A stretch of DNA of 64,000 nucleotides. Origin: an uncultured Verrucomicrobiae bacterium. Lineage in GTDB: Bacteria; Verrucomicrobiota; Verrucomicrobiia; Opitutales; JABDGR01. Positions 42,710 to 54,399 of the stretch are shown in pieces. Positions within the stretch are counted from its first letter, which is position 1. Each line of letters starts with the position of its first letter. The stretch spans positions 416,001 through 480,000 of the forward strand of contig CAVXVB010000009.1 in the NCBI GenBank assembly GCA_963765205.1. Direction: 5' to 3'. A program made the position numbers and the translations under genes. Under the pieces are notes generated by a model. The model did not search any database. It saw nothing but the letters and a program-made list of their open reading frames with translations, and was not told the DNA's origin.

Positions 42710-43846
42710 ATGCCCCCGCGCATCTATCTTTCCCCGCCGGACATCGGACCGGACGAGCAGGCCTTGGTCGCCGACGCTTTCGCCTCGAATTGGATTGCCC
42801 CACTCGGCCCGCATGTGGACGCCTTCGAGCGCGAATTCGCCCAGCACCTTGGCGTGGCGCACGCCGTCGCGCTCAGTTCCGGCACGGCGGCCCTGCATCT
42901 TGCGTTGCGCCAGCTTGGCGTCGGCCCGGGCGATGAGGTATTTTGCTCGACCCTGACGTTCGTCGCCTCGGCCAACCCGATTGTTTACGAAGGCGGCACG
43001 CCCGTCTTCCTCGATTGTGAACGCGAATCCTGGAACCTCGACCCGAATATTTTGGCCGACGCCCTGCGTGACCGCGCGCGCGACGGCAAAATGCCCAAGG
43101 CCCTCGTCCTCGTCCATCTCTACGGCCAAAGCGCCAACCTCGACCTTATCGCCGCCTTGTGCGCGCAATACGGCGTGACCCTCGTCGAGGACGCCGCGGA
43201 AGCCCTCGGTGCGACGCACGGCGGACGGCATGTCGGCACCCGCGGCGTCACGGGAATTTTTTCCTTCAACGGCAACAAGATCATCACCACCTCCGGCGGC
43301 GGGATGCTGGTGACGAATGATGCCTTGTTTGCCGCACAGACACGTTTCCTCGCCACGCAGGCGCGCGACCCCGCCCCGCATTACGAACATTCGCAGCTCG
43401 GCTTTAATTATCGCCTGAGCAACGTGCTCGCCGCGATTGGCCGCGGGCAATTGCGCCACCTCGCGAAAAAAGTCGCCCGCCGCCGCGCGCATTTTGATTT
43501 TTACCAGGCTGCGCTCGGCGATTTGCCCGGCATCAGTTTCATGCCCGAAGCCACCTGGGGCTGCGCCAACCGCTGGCTGACCTGCCTGACGATTGACCCC
43601 GCCGTCGCGGGCGCCGACCGCGAACAAGTCCGCCTTGCGCTGGAAAAGGAAAACATCGAAGCCCGCCCGGTCTGGAAGCCGATGCACGCGCAGCCGCTTT
43701 TTGCCCGCGCCCCGCGTTTTGGCGGAGCGGTGGCCGACGAGTTGTTCGCGCGTGGCCTGTGCCTGCCCTCAGGTTCCAACCTGTCCGATGCCGACCGCGC
43801 GCGCGTCGCGGCAACCGTGCGGGCCTGCTTTCCGAGCGCGCGTTAA
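42710..43846 (+). CDS. DegT/DnrJ/EryC1/StrS aminotransferase (PglE-like)
   Basis: YLSPP, NWIAPLGP, SSGTAALHLAL, EDAAEALG, SFNGNKIITTSGGG, RPVWKPMH. Confidence 0.92.
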   Translation: MPPRIYLSPPDIGPDEQALVADAFASNWIAPLGPHVDAFEREFAQHLGVAHAVALSSGTAALHLALRQLGVGPGDEVFCSTLTFVASANPIVYEGGTPVFLDCERESWNLDPNILADALRDRARDGKMPKALVLVHLYGQSANLDLIAALCAQYGVTLVEDAAEALGATHGGRHVGTRGVTGIFSFNGNKIITTSGGGMLVTNDALFAAQTRFLATQARDPAPHYEHSQLGFNYRLSNVLAAIGRGQLRHLAKKVARRRAHFDFYQAALGDLPGISFMPEATWGCANRWLTCLTIDPAVAGADREQVRLALEKENIEARPVWKPMHAQPLFARAPRFGGAVADELFARGLCLPSGSNLSDADRARVAATVRACFPSAR

Positions 43847-43944
43847 AGAAGCGCAAAAATCGGCCCGATTCGATATTTTTCCTGAGCGAATTCTTGCCAT
43901 GATTTCCGGTGGACGATATTCTGTCCAGTTTTGCTAAAAGCGCC

Positions 43945-45868
43945 ATGCCTTCACCCTCCATCCATCGGATTTTCTTGCGGCACCTCCTCGTGCTGTGCTG
44001 CTATGCCGGTTCGCTCGCGGCCTGCCTATGGTTTTCCTACGAGCTGCGGTTCGAGTTTAATTTGAAAACGGGTGATGGAGCGCTGTGGGTCAAACCGCTG
44101 CATTACCAGTTGCTCTGGCTGGTGCCGTTGGAGCTGTTTTTACTCTATATCTTCGGCCAGTTCCGTGGTTTTTTATCCTATTTTCGTCTGCCGGATATGA
44201 TGAAGATTGCCTGGGCCTTTGGCTGGGTTTCGGGAATCCTGGGTGTCTTGTGGCTGCTGTTCACCTATTTTCAGGGCTTTAACTATTTTCCCGGTTTTAC
44301 CGGGATTACCAAAATTGCGCCGCCCTCTTCCGTCATCATCCTCAATTACCTCCTTTCCACCCTCTCGCTGGCCGCCTTTCGGATTAACTTGCGCGCTTAC
44401 CGCGAGGGCCAGCCCTCCGGCCCGCGCGGAAATGGGTCGGCCAAACTGCGGCGGGTGGCGATTGTCGGCGCGGGCGAAGTGGGTTCTGCCGTTGCGGCGG
44501 ATTTGCTGGCCAAACGCGGCCTCGGCCTCAAACCCGTGGTTTTTTTCGACGACAATGCGGCCAAGCACGGCCACGATGTCCATGGCATCCCCGTCGCCGG
44601 CCCGCCGGACCAGATGGCCGCCGCCCGCGAGGCCTACGATTTTGATCAGATCATCATTGCGCTGCCCGCCGCCGCGCACCGGCGCATGCCTCGAGGTCGT
44701 CAGCCAGGCCAAAGCGCTCGGGTTGGAAACGGAAATCATGCCCTCGATGTGGGACTTGGCCTCCGGCCGCGTGCAGGCCTCCCAAATCCGTCCGGTCGAA
44801 TTGGAGGACTTGCTCGGGCGCGAGCCGGTCGGCCTGGACTCAGAGCAAATCAAGGACATGCTCCAGGATCGCGTCGTGCTGGTGACCGGTGCGGGCGGCA
44901 GCATCGGAGCGGAACTTTGCCGGCAAATTGCCAACCGCGCGTCCAAACGCCTGATTTTGGTGGACCATTCCGAGGTGCAGCTTTTTCAAATCGAGCAGGA
45001 ACTCATTGGCCTCGGCCACAGCTCAGTGATCTTGCCCTGCATTGGGACGGTGCTCGACCAGGAACGCATGGGCTGGATCCTGCGCACCTACCGGCCTGCG
45101 CTGGTCTTCCACGCCGCCGCGCACAAGCATGTGCCCATGATGGAGCACCAGCCCGTCGAGGCGCTGAAAAACAACACCTTCGGCACCCTCCGCCTGGCGC
45201 ATCTTGCCTCCCAATACCAGGTGGAGAAATTCGTATTTATCTCCACGGACAAGGCCGTCAACCCAACCAGCGTGATGGGCTGCTCGAAACGCCTCGCCGA
45301 AATCGCCGTGCAAGCCCAGCAGCAAAGGCCCGGCAACACGACCAAGTTCTGCGCGGTGCGCTTTGGCAACGTCCTCGGCTCCTCCGGCAGCGTGATTCCC
45401 ACTTTTAAGCGCCAGATCGCCGAAGGCGGTCCGGTGACGGTCACGCACCCGGAGGTCATGCGCTATTTCATGACCATTCCCGAATCGGTCGGCCTCGTTC
45501 TGCAGGCGGCCTCCCAGGCGGACGGCGGGGAAATTTTCGTCTTGGACATGGGCCAGCCCATCAAAATCGTGGACGTTGCCCGCCAACTCATCGAGCTAAG
45601 CGGCTTCCGGCCCGGCGTGGACATCGAGATCAAATACGTCGGCCTGCGCCCTGGCGAAAAACTCTTCGAGGAATTCCAACACCACGGTGAACAATTTCAG
45701 GCTACACCGCACAAGCGCATCTTCCGGTTTGTCTGCCAGCCCGCCACGCCCCCCCAAGTCGAGGAGTGGATGAAGCAACTCAGCGAACGCCTCGTTCCCG
45801 GCTCGCGTGATGAAATCAAGCAATTCCTCACCCAGATCGTCCCGGAATACGCGCCCTATTTGGATTGA
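43945..45868 (+). CDS. UDP-GlcNAc 4,6-dehydratase (PglF/CapD family); frameshift near 44690
   Basis: N-terminal TMs + IVGAGEVG; next frame EDLLGRE, TGAGGSIG, HAAAHKHVP, STDKAVNP, RFGNVLGS, GLRPGEKL. Confidence 0.9.
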
Positions 45869-45901
45869 AATCTCGTTCCGCAAAAGCTCCCGCCAAAGCG
45901 A

Positions 45902-47058
45902 TCACTGCCAGCCATTGCGCTTGGCGGGAATATCCTCCAGCAAAAGCGGCGAAAACAGATTATTCGTGACCAGGTATAGTTTCCCGGCAACCAGGAAAAA
46001 TTGTGCCGAAGTATCTCCGCGCAGGGGAATGGAAGACCACGTCCCCGCCCGTTGGCCGGTGGCGAGATCCAGGGCCACGAGAGTATAGCCCGTGCTTGCA
46101 GGTTCACACAGCAACAGATAACCGCCGTGGATAATCGAGTCCCCTTTCACGGGCAGACGGCTGGCGGGATCGCCCTCTGGCGCGGGCACGTCCCACACGG
46201 TGGTATTTTTTTCCAAATCCACCAGTTTGAAATTTTCCGCGGAGGCGCTGCGATAGGAAATTAAGGCGGTGGAGGAATCGGGCATCCAATGGTCCACGCG
46301 GGCCGTTGTTCCGGCGCTGGAGTAGTGGACGGATCCATCTTGCATAAAATACTTCCATTGGTTCTCCAAGTTTTCGGCGCCCGTCCCCTCACCACGGCTC
46401 CCCGCCCGTCCGGCGCCACGGCCAGGATCCGCAGATAGCCCGGACAGTCGGCGGCGAAGGACAGCTTGCCGCCCGGCGCAAATACGAGCAATCGCGGTGC
46501 ATTGCTTTGGGACTCCTTCCGCACCAGGAGGGCGAGGCTGCCATCTTCGCCAAGCATGAATTCCTGCTCCGCGTATTGAAAATACGGTCCAATCTGAGCC
46601 GCCAATTTTCCACCCCTGTAGATTTCAGCCGAAATCAGACCGTTGTTTTCCAACGGGAGCACCATCGTGGAGCTGTCCCGCGTGGCCAGTAGCGCCGGGC
46701 CGGTGCCAGGGACATCCGGTAGGGTTATCGTCCAAGACGCGCCGGTTGCATAGACCGTCAGGATCTTGTCATGCTGGGTCATCACCAAGCCGGTTTGCGA
46801 GACTGGATTTGCGTCACGCAACTCACGCACGACCGAACCATCCGGCGCGAACCAGCGCACCACCCTGATGAATTCCCCGCCCGTGATGCCCATACTGGAA
46901 AGGTTGACATACGGAGCCAGCCATTTTGATTCTTGTGCGCCGCCCACCGGTCCCGGCATCTCGAAAATCGGTGCGGGCGCATGGCCCTGGCCCGCCAACC
47001 GGGCGGCTTCCGCCAAAAGCCCCCAGAGCAAAAACTTGACCATGATTTTGTTTTTCAT
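45902..47058 (-). CDS. Hypothetical secreted, beta-rich protein; frameshift near 46385
   Basis: Signal-like N-terminus in ORF 46261-47058; continues in ORF 45902-46369 if one G is added in the AGGGG run. Confidence 0.5.
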
Positions 47059-47082
47059 CGCTGGCTCGGCGGTTTCGCGCCG

Positions 47083-47661
47083 TTACTTCACGCCCTGTAA
47101 CTCCACCTGGAAGATGAGCGTGGCATTGGGCGGAATCGGCCCTCCCGGCGTGCCGTTCGGGCCATAGCCCAGTTGCGGCGGAATGGTCAATATGCGCTTT
47201 TCGCCGACTTTCATCCCTGCCACGCCTTCGTCCCACCCTTTGATAACCAGGCCCTTCCCGAGCGGAAAGGAAAAGGGCGTGCCACCATGATTGTCGGTTG
47301 AGTCAAACACCGTGCCATCCATGAGGGTGCCCTTGTAATAGACGGACACGATTTCGCCGGGCTTCGCCTCCGCCCCCGTGCCGACGGCTACAATCTGAAT
47401 TTTCAACCCCGAAGCGGTGGTGATGTTTTGACCGACCGCTGCCGCCTCCACCATCGCCGGCCGGGCGGGAGTGGGTGCCGGTGTGGGCCGGGGGATGGCT
47501 GCGGAACCGGTGGCGGCTGACGGTTTCGGCGCCGGTGCGGTCGTGACAGGCACATCCAGCGTCGCCACGTTTACGGCAGATTTTTTATTCATGATTTGCA
47601 GGATGATCCCCACGATCAACAGGACGATGAGGGCGACGACGATTCCATCTTTAGTTTTCAT
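47083..47661 (-). CDS. FKBP-type peptidyl-prolyl isomerase, membrane-anchored with Pro/Ala linker
   Basis: [45 protein letters not shown]. Confidence 0.92.
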   Translation of the reverse strand: MKTKDGIVVALIVLLIVGIILQIMNKKSAVNVATLDVPVTTAPAPKPSAATGSAAIPRPTPAPTPARPAMVEAAAVGQNITTASGLKIQIVAVGTGAEAKPGEIVSVYYKGTLMDGTVFDSTDNHGGTPFSFPLGKGLVIKGWDEGVAGMKVGEKRILTIPPQLGYGPNGTPGGPIPPNATLIFQVELQGVK

Positions 47662-47760
47662 GGGGCGACGGGCCATCATCGTGGTGCGGGCCACGCCGCG
47701 TGGCAATACGAATGATGGAGCGGTTATTTCGAGGTGGACGGGCCGCCGCATTCCCCATCC

Positions 47761-48207
47761 CTATTTAATTTCCAAAAGCTGCACCTCGAAAATCAAGGTC
47801 GAGTTGGGCGGGATGTTGGGCAGGTTCTGCGAACCATAGCCTAATTTTGCGGGGATGATGAGCTTGCGCTTTTCGCCAACCCTCATGCCCGCCACGCCCT
47901 CGTCCCAGCCGGCGATGACTTTGCCCGCGCCGAGCGGGAAGATAAACGGGCCTTTTCCATCCGTGGAATCGAACACCGTCCCATCCGCCAGAGTGCCTTT
48001 ATAATACACCGCGACGGTGTCGCCGGCCAGGGCGATCCGTCCGTTGCTCGGTTGCAAAATTTGGAACATCAGTCCCGACGAGGTTTTGACCATTTTGCTG
48101 ACGTCCCCGAGAGAGACCGTGGGCAAAGCGTTGGCCGAACTATCACAGCCGTCGGCGAGGAGGCTGACAATGGCAACGCCCAACGTGATCCATTTTGTTA
48201 TTTGCAT
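47761..48207 (-). CDS. FKBP-type peptidyl-prolyl isomerase, probable lipoprotein
   Basis: Signal ending [37 protein letters not shown]. Confidence 0.92.
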   Translation of the reverse strand: MQITKWITLGVAIVSLLADGCDSSANALPTVSLGDVSKMVKTSSGLMFQILQPSNGRIALAGDTVAVYYKGTLADGTVFDSTDGKGPFIFPLGAGKVIAGWDEGVAGMRVGEKRKLIIPAKLGYGSQNLPNIPPNSTLIFEVQLLEIK

Positions 48208-48300
48208 GGGTGGAGGTGAATTCGCCCAAATTAAAGGGCAGTTTTTTAGGAATGCCAACCAAACTCTTTTCGGCTAAGCTCCACCGTTTATTATTGCCTC

Positions 48301-49260
48301 ATGAATCTTCCCCCCGACCTTAAAATCTTCGTCGCCGGCCATCAAGGCATGGTCGGCCAGGCCCTCCTGCGCGCCCTGCACAAGCGCGGCCACCCCGCCG
48401 GCCGCGTGCTGACGCCCAGCCGCGCCGAGCTGGACCTCGGTGCTCGCACCGCCACCGAGCAATACCTCGCCGCGCAACGCCCCGGCTTGGTCATTATCGC
48501 GGCTGCGCGCGTCGGCGGCATTTACGCCAACAACACCTACCCGGCGGAATTCATCCACGACAACCTCGCGATTGCGCTCAACCTCATCCACGGTTCCTAT
48601 CTGGCGAAGGTGCCGCGCCTGCTCTTTCTCGGCAGTTCGTGCATCTACCCCCGCCTGGCCCCGCAGCCTATGGCCGAGGACTGCCTGCTCACCAGCGCCC
48701 TCGAGCCGACCAACGAGCCGTATGCCCTCGCCAAAATCGCCGGCCTGAAAATGTGCCAGTATTACCGCAAGCAATACGGCGTGCTCTTCCATTCCGCGAT
48801 GCCCACCAACCTCTACGGCCCGCGCGACAATTACCATCCGCAAAACTCCCATGTGCTGCCCGCCCTCCTGCGCCGTTTCCACGACGCTCAGGTGGCTGGC
48901 GCGGCGGAAGTCATCTTGTGGGGCACCGGCACCCCAAAGCGCGAATTTCTCCATGTGGACGACTGCGCCGACGCGCTCCTCCACGTCTGCAGCCTCGCCA
49001 ATCCGCCCGACTGGATCAACATCGGCACCGGCCAGGATGTGACCATCCGCCAGGCCGCCGAACTCGTCGCCGAGACCGTCGGCTTCACCGGGCGCATTGT
49101 CCAGGACACCGCGAAACCCGACGGCTCGCCCCGCAAACTCCTCGACATTTCCCGCCTGCGCGCCACCGGCTGGGCACCCAAAATCACCCTGCGCGACGGC
49201 CTCCGCGACGCCTACCAACATTTCCTCGCCGACCAGGCCGCCGGGAATCTGCGCGAGTAA
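48301..49260 (+). CDS. fcl: GDP-L-fucose synthase
   Basis: [63 protein letters not shown]. Confidence 0.95.
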   Translation: MNLPPDLKIFVAGHQGMVGQALLRALHKRGHPAGRVLTPSRAELDLGARTATEQYLAAQRPGLVIIAAARVGGIYANNTYPAEFIHDNLAIALNLIHGSYLAKVPRLLFLGSSCIYPRLAPQPMAEDCLLTSALEPTNEPYALAKIAGLKMCQYYRKQYGVLFHSAMPTNLYGPRDNYHPQNSHVLPALLRRFHDAQVAGAAEVILWGTGTPKREFLHVDDCADALLHVCSLANPPDWINIGTGQDVTIRQAAELVAETVGFTGRIVQDTAKPDGSPRKLLDISRLRATGWAPKITLRDGLRDAYQHFLADQAAGNLRE

Positions 49261-49344
49261 CCTCCGCGCCATTATAAAAATAATTTTCCTTTAGACTTGT
49301 TAAGTTTTTCACGGGCGCGTAAGGACAGGGCAACCCTCTTACCC

Positions 49345-50346
49345 ATGGCCATTCTTCTCGGATGCATTGTTGGCTTTATCGCGTGGTTTTGCGTTCGTTA
49401 CGTCGCGGCCGGCCTGTATACCGTGAACCAAAATGAACGCGCGGTGAAAACCAGTTTTGGCAAGGCCGAGCGCGTCGGCACGGCCACGACCCTCGAAGAC
49501 CCCATCGCCGCGACCTTGTCCGCGGAGGAAAAACCCCGCTACTCCTACCCCCAGGTGCGCGTGATTCCGCCCGGCGGCCCCTATTTCAAATTGCCGTGGG
49601 AGCGCGTCTATCGCGTGTCCGTCGCCACCCAGACGATCAACATGGCCGTGGACCCCGAAGACCGGAACGCCAACAACCAGGGCACGATTCTCGAAGCCGT
49701 CACCAAGGACCAGCTCAACACCGGTCTCAAGGGGCAGATCCGCTACCACGCCTCCGAAAAAAATCTCTACGCCTATCTCTTCGGTGTAAAACACCCCATC
49801 ACCCACGTCATGGGGTATTTTGTTTCCATCCTGCGCGAACGCATCGCCACCTTTGACGTGCCGCCGACCGCCAAAGACCCCAACGACACCTCGCCCCACA
49901 TTGGCGCGGCCACAGCGGTCATCGGGATTTCCATCAACGACCTACGCAAGAATCTGCGCGATATCAACGACCACATGGACCGCGAGTGCGCCGGCTCGGC
50001 GGCGCGCTACGGCATCGCCCTTGACGCCTCGCTCATCACGGAAATTGATCCGCCGGAGGACGTCGAGTCCGCGCTCGCCGCCATCAACACCGCCTACAAC
50101 GAAGTTTCCTCCAGCATCAGCCTCGCCCAGGCCGGGGCCGACCAGAAAATCGTCCTCTCCCGGCGCGCGGTCGAAATCGAGACACTTAAGGCCCAGGCCG
50201 AAGTACAGCCCCTCGTCGCACTCGCCGCCCAATTAAGCGATTTGAAGAAAAGCGGCGTTGGCGCGCTCAAGGCCTACATCCGCAACGTGCGGTTAAAATT
50301 ATTTAGCGAGGCTAAAAGTGTGATTATGGAGGCCCGCCATGATTAA
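49345..50346 (+). CDS. SPFH/band-7 domain membrane protein
   Basis: N-terminal TM, YTVNQNERAV.TSFG, AVTKD, ITEIDPPEDV, coiled-coil tail. Confidence 0.72.
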   Translation: MAILLGCIVGFIAWFCVRYVAAGLYTVNQNERAVKTSFGKAERVGTATTLEDPIAATLSAEEKPRYSYPQVRVIPPGGPYFKLPWERVYRVSVATQTINMAVDPEDRNANNQGTILEAVTKDQLNTGLKGQIRYHASEKNLYAYLFGVKHPITHVMGYFVSILRERIATFDVPPTAKDPNDTSPHIGAATAVIGISINDLRKNLRDINDHMDRECAGSAARYGIALDASLITEIDPPEDVESALAAINTAYNEVSSSISLAQAGADQKIVLSRRAVEIETLKAQAEVQPLVALAAQLSDLKKSGVGALKAYIRNVRLKLFSEAKSVIMEARHD

Positions 50347-51286
50347 CTTTCTCATCGCCGCGGCTGTAACCTTTTTCGGCTTGTTCATCGCCGTCCCGGT
50401 TTTGCTTGGCCTCCTACAGGTGTTCGGCCTCTACACGATTGTCCAGGAGCGCCAGTGCAAAGTCTATGTGCTCTTCGGCAAAGTCCTGGCCGTGATTGAC
50501 CAGCCCGGCCTGCATCTGCTCATCGGCAAACTTGGCCTCAAGGCCCCCGTTTGCGCCATCCTCGGCCAGTGCCATGTGCTCGATTTGCGCATGGACCAGG
50601 TGTATCTGCGCAGCACCCCCGTCAATTCCGAGGAAGGCGCGCCCATGGGCATCGGCATCTGGTATGAGATGTTCATCAGCGACCCGGTCGCCTACCTCTT
50701 CAAAAACGCCGACCCGCGCGGCTCCCTCGCCGCCAACGTCGGCAACTCCACCGTCCGCTGCCTCAGCAACCTCCGCCTGGCCGACATGCTCCAAAACCGC
50801 CACGCCATGAGCCAGACTGTCCGCGCCGAAGTCTCCCCGCAATCGCAGGACTGGGGCTACAGCCTCGGCTCGGCTTACATCCGCAAGGTGCATTTCCGCG
50901 ATGATATGATGATCAAGCAAATCGAGGAGAAAGTCGTCAACCGCCTCCGCCAGGTCACCGCCGCCATCAAGCAGGACGGCGCCAACCAGGTCAGCATCAT
51001 CACCAGCACCGCCGAGCGCCAGGCCGCGATCGAACTCGCCAAGGCCGCCGTGATGCGCCCGCAAATCGTCGGCGCCGCCTTGCAAAAAATTTCCGAGGAC
51101 CCCGAGATTTCCGACGCCCTGTTCCAAACCCTCGAAACGCAAAACATCATCAACGGCCAGGTGGACATCACCCTCATCCCGAAAAACTCCGGCCTGCTCG
51201 GCCAGTTCCTCACCGCCCTCCAAAGCGGCCAACTCTCGTCAGCAGGTGGTTCTGGTTCGGCCACTCCACCCAACGTGCGAACGTAG
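50339..51286 (+). CDS. SPFH/band-7 domain membrane protein (partner)
   Basis: N-terminal TM, YTIVQER..VLFGK..PGLH, DLR, VNSEEG, WGY.L...IRKV. Confidence 0.72.
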   Translation: MINFLIAAAVTFFGLFIAVPVLLGLLQVFGLYTIVQERQCKVYVLFGKVLAVIDQPGLHLLIGKLGLKAPVCAILGQCHVLDLRMDQVYLRSTPVNSEEGAPMGIGIWYEMFISDPVAYLFKNADPRGSLAANVGNSTVRCLSNLRLADMLQNRHAMSQTVRAEVSPQSQDWGYSLGSAYIRKVHFRDDMMIKQIEEKVVNRLRQVTAAIKQDGANQVSIITSTAERQAAIELAKAAVMRPQIVGAALQKISEDPEISDALFQTLETQNIINGQVDITLIPKNSGLLGQFLTALQSGQLSSAGGSGSATPPNVRT

Positions 51287-51315
51287 CGCCTGGTCGGTGA
51301 AATCGCGGTTTTCGT

Positions 51316-51402
51316 TTTTAACCACATAACACGCAAAAACTCAGAAAAACCGCCCCTCTTGTTTTTCGCTTTATGTGTCTTTTGCGTTTTTTGTGGTTAA
51401 AA
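51316..51402. repeat. Intergenic inverted repeat / possible terminator after the SPFH pair
   Basis: TTTTAACCACA..ACGCAAAA ... TTTTGCGT..TGTGGTTAAAA. Confidence 0.55.
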
Positions 51403-51439
51403 TTCTTTCGTTAGTTTGCCTAACCGCACTCGAGCCACT

Positions 51440-51715
51440 TTGGAATCCGCCTCCCTCAAATTGCGGGTCGCGCCCAAGTCAGCGCAAGACGCCATCGTGG
51501 GCTGGCACGGCGACGCCTTGAAAATCAAAGTCCGCGCCGCCCCCGAAAACGGCCGCGCCAACGCCGCCGTCGTGGAACTCCTCGCGGAAACCCTCGGCCT
51601 GCCCCGCGCAGCCATCGTCCTGGAAAGCGGCCACGCCTCGCGCGACAAACGCGTACGTGTGCTCGGCCTGCCAACGCATGCCATTCATGCCCTGCTCAAG
51701 GCAGCGATGAAGTAA
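51440..51715 (+). CDS. DUF167 (YggU/UPF0235) family protein
   Basis: LRVAPKS, LKIKVRAAPENGRAN, GHASRDK. Confidence 0.88.
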   Translation: MESASLKLRVAPKSAQDAIVGWHGDALKIKVRAAPENGRANAAVVELLAETLGLPRAAIVLESGHASRDKRVRVLGLPTHAIHALLKAAMK

Positions 51716-51866
51716 TGTAAAATCGTCAAGACGCGCAGGGCTCAAAAAATAAATTCTGTCAATTTTGTTCACCCAGGCACGAAGTGCCTGGAGTGATTTT
51801 GCCCAAAAATCTCTCTTTGCGCCCTCCGTGCCTTTGCGGTGAATTTCCACTCCTCCCCGCCGCCCC

Positions 51867-52637
51867 TCACACCTCGAACACCGTGATTTCCGGCGGGCAA
51901 TTGAAGCGCACGTCGAGGTGCAGGTAGCCCAGGCCGGGGTTGACATAGAGCGGCCCGGACTTCGTGTGAAAGAGGCCCATGTCGTAGGGTCCTGTGCCTT
52001 TCGGCAGAATCACCGCGCCGTAGAAGGGCACGCGCACCTGGCCGCCATGCGAATGTCCGGCCAGCATCAGGTCGAAGCTTTTGTCATCCAGTCTTTCCAC
52101 AAAATCGGGATAATGCATCAGCACAATGTTGGTCGCGCCGGGTAGCGCCTGCACCATTTTGGGATCGTCGCAGACCGCGCCAATGAGATTAATCCGCCCG
52201 TTGGCGAGCACCATGTTTTCATTCAGCAGCCAGCGCCCGCCGGTCTCCTTGAAGGCGGCATTGATCGTTTCAAAGTTCGCGTTCGACGTGTAGTCATGGT
52301 TGCCGGGCACGCCATAGAGCGGCGATTTGAGGCCCTTGAGCACCTCCAACGCCTCCGGCAGGTGCTCGGCCTTTTCGACCAGATCACCCGTGAAGCAGAC
52401 GAAATCCGGCGACAGCGCGTTGATTTTTTTCACCGCTTCCGCCAGGTAGGCGCGGTCACCTTTATGGTGTATGTCGCTGATCTGCGCGATGCGCTGGGCG
52501 GGTTCGCCGTGCGGCAGTTGGACAAAACGCGTCTTGATCGCCGAAGGCTCGATCCAAAGTGCGTCCGCGGCCAACAGCGAGGCCGATCCCGCAGTCATTC
52601 CGAGGAATTGACGCCGGGTCAGTTTCGTGGTTTTCAT
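51867..52637 (-). CDS. Tat-exported calcineurin-like metallophosphoesterase
   Basis: TRRQFL Tat motif; SDIH, TGD, GNHD, H.PD, GHSHGGQ, RFNCPPE. Confidence 0.9.
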   Translation of the reverse strand: MKTTKLTRRQFLGMTAGSASLLAADALWIEPSAIKTRFVQLPHGEPAQRIAQISDIHHKGDRAYLAEAVKKINALSPDFVCFTGDLVEKAEHLPEALEVLKGLKSPLYGVPGNHDYTSNANFETINAAFKETGGRWLLNENMVLANGRINLIGAVCDDPKMVQALPGATNIVLMHYPDFVERLDDKSFDLMLAGHSHGGQVRVPFYGAVILPKGTGPYDMGLFHTKSGPLYVNPGLGYLHLDVRFNCPPEITVFEV

Positions 52638-52963
52638 CGTGGTTCATGGCGGGGTAGGCTTTGGGGCCTGAAGGAGATTGTTTTAACGGCTTTTTAACAG
52701 CATTTTCTGTTCCAGGGTGATCGGGGCCAAAATGAAGGTGTTGCCGAGGCAGCATCCGCTTGGCCCTGAAGGGATTTCATCATTCGAGCATGGAGGGAAA
52801 TGAGTCGAAAATAAGTGAAATGAAGCTGCCAAATTGGCTCGCAAAAGGCAATAGCAATCCGGCATGGTAGCATTCTCTCGTCCATGTCGGACAAACCAAG
52901 TTGCTTACTAATAACATATTACACAAATCTTATACCGGCCAGCAACGGCGGAAATAGCCGCCA

Positions 52964-54160
52964 TCACCGCAATTCCACGCTCCGCCCCTCGGCTGCGGAA
53001 AGATACGCGGCGTAAATGACGTTCACGCATTCCACTGCGAGATCTATACCCGAGCGCGGCTCCCGGCCTTCCCGGATCGCGCCCACAAAATCCGCGATTT
53101 CCTGCGCGAAGCCGCGAAACCAGTCCTCGTCGCAACTCGGCCGGTTCCAGCCAGCTTTGGTTTCGAGCTTTTCGGTGAAATACTCGCTTTCGAAAACCGC
53201 CGGGGTGGGGGCGTAGGTTTCGATGGCATCGTTGGCCGTCAAGTTGGCCTTGATGACCCCGTCGGTCATAAACGCGGTGACGCGGGTGTTCAAACCGCCC
53301 AGTCCCGCATCACTCACAATGACGCTGGCCCGCGTGCCGTCCTCGAACCGGATGACGAGGTTGGCCCAGTTTTCCACGTCCACCGGATTCGCGCTGATCC
53401 ACGCGTGCGCCCCCGCCTGGCGCGCCAGCGCGGATGCCTCGCTTTGCATCAGGTCGGCCGTGTCCGCCAGGACGGACACCGCGCGGATGCCCCGGCCCCG
53501 TCGCACCTGGCCCTCCCATTCTTTGAGATGCAGGCATGCGCCCACGGAATGCACCCCCATCCGCAGCAGCGCGCCGCCGCCGGTGTGCTTCCACTCGCGC
53601 GAAAACACCGAGTTGGAACCGGAATGGTTTTCCTCCGCGCGCAGTTCGAGGACCGACCCCTTGGCCGCCGCAATCAGCCGGCGCATTTTGTCAATCGGCG
53701 GGGCGTAAACCCAGTTTTCCGCGTAACAAAAGCGCACTCCCGCCCGTGCGACCGCGGCCCGCACCGCCTCGGCATTGCGCCACGCGCCCTCCCACATCCG
53801 GCGGCGCGGCACCATCCGCCCGATCGGTTCGGGGTTCCCCGGCTCGCCAAAATAACCCGTCAACGGCTTCTCCATGATAATGTGCTTGCCCGCCTCGGCG
53901 GCGCGAATCGCGAACTCGTGGTGCAGCGCGGGCGGCACGCACAGGTCAACGACCTCAATGTCCGGCCGCGCGAGCAACGCGGCAAAATCCTCCGTGACAA
54001 AGTCCACGCCGGCCTCCTGCGCGAGCGCCGCGGCGCTGGCTTGGGTCCGCGCGCAAACCCCGCGCACCTCGACCAGGCCCTTGGGCAGCTTGGCGTAATT
54101 AGCCAGATGCATCCGCGCCCCATAACGGGCGCCCACCAGGCCGATGCCAAGAGTGTTCAT
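52964..54160 (-). CDS. Gfo/Idh/MocA family oxidoreductase
   Basis: IGLVGA, IMEKPL, YAENWVYAP, GGGALL.MGVH, DVEN. Confidence 0.85.
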   Translation of the reverse strand: MNTLGIGLVGARYGARMHLANYAKLPKGLVEVRGVCARTQASAAALAQEAGVDFVTEDFAALLARPDIEVVDLCVPPALHHEFAIRAAEAGKHIIMEKPLTGYFGEPGNPEPIGRMVPRRRMWEGAWRNAEAVRAAVARAGVRFCYAENWVYAPPIDKMRRLIAAAKGSVLELRAEENHSGSNSVFSREWKHTGGGALLRMGVHSVGACLHLKEWEGQVRRGRGIRAVSVLADTADLMQSEASALARQAGAHAWISANPVDVENWANLVIRFEDGTRASVIVSDAGLGGLNTRVTAFMTDGVIKANLTANDAIETYAPTPAVFESEYFTEKLETKAGWNRPSCDEDWFRGFAQEIADFVGAIREGREPRSGIDLAVECVNVIYAAYLSAAEGRSVELR

Positions 54161-54399
54161 GGATAAATTTCGAGTCTCGCGTGAAATCCCACCCACGCAC
54201 GTTTTCCCGGGAAAGGCAATCGTCGAGATGGAAGGGTGGGGTATTTCGCAATCGGGTTTGGATGCGGGAAAAGCGCAACTCGATTAGGTTTTGTTTTGCT
54301 CTGAGGAAAACACCCCAAAGTCTGCAATTTGCGAATGAGACACAACCTGCTGGGCAAAAAATATTTCTGAGCCTCCACAGCAACATAATGGGCATCCCC

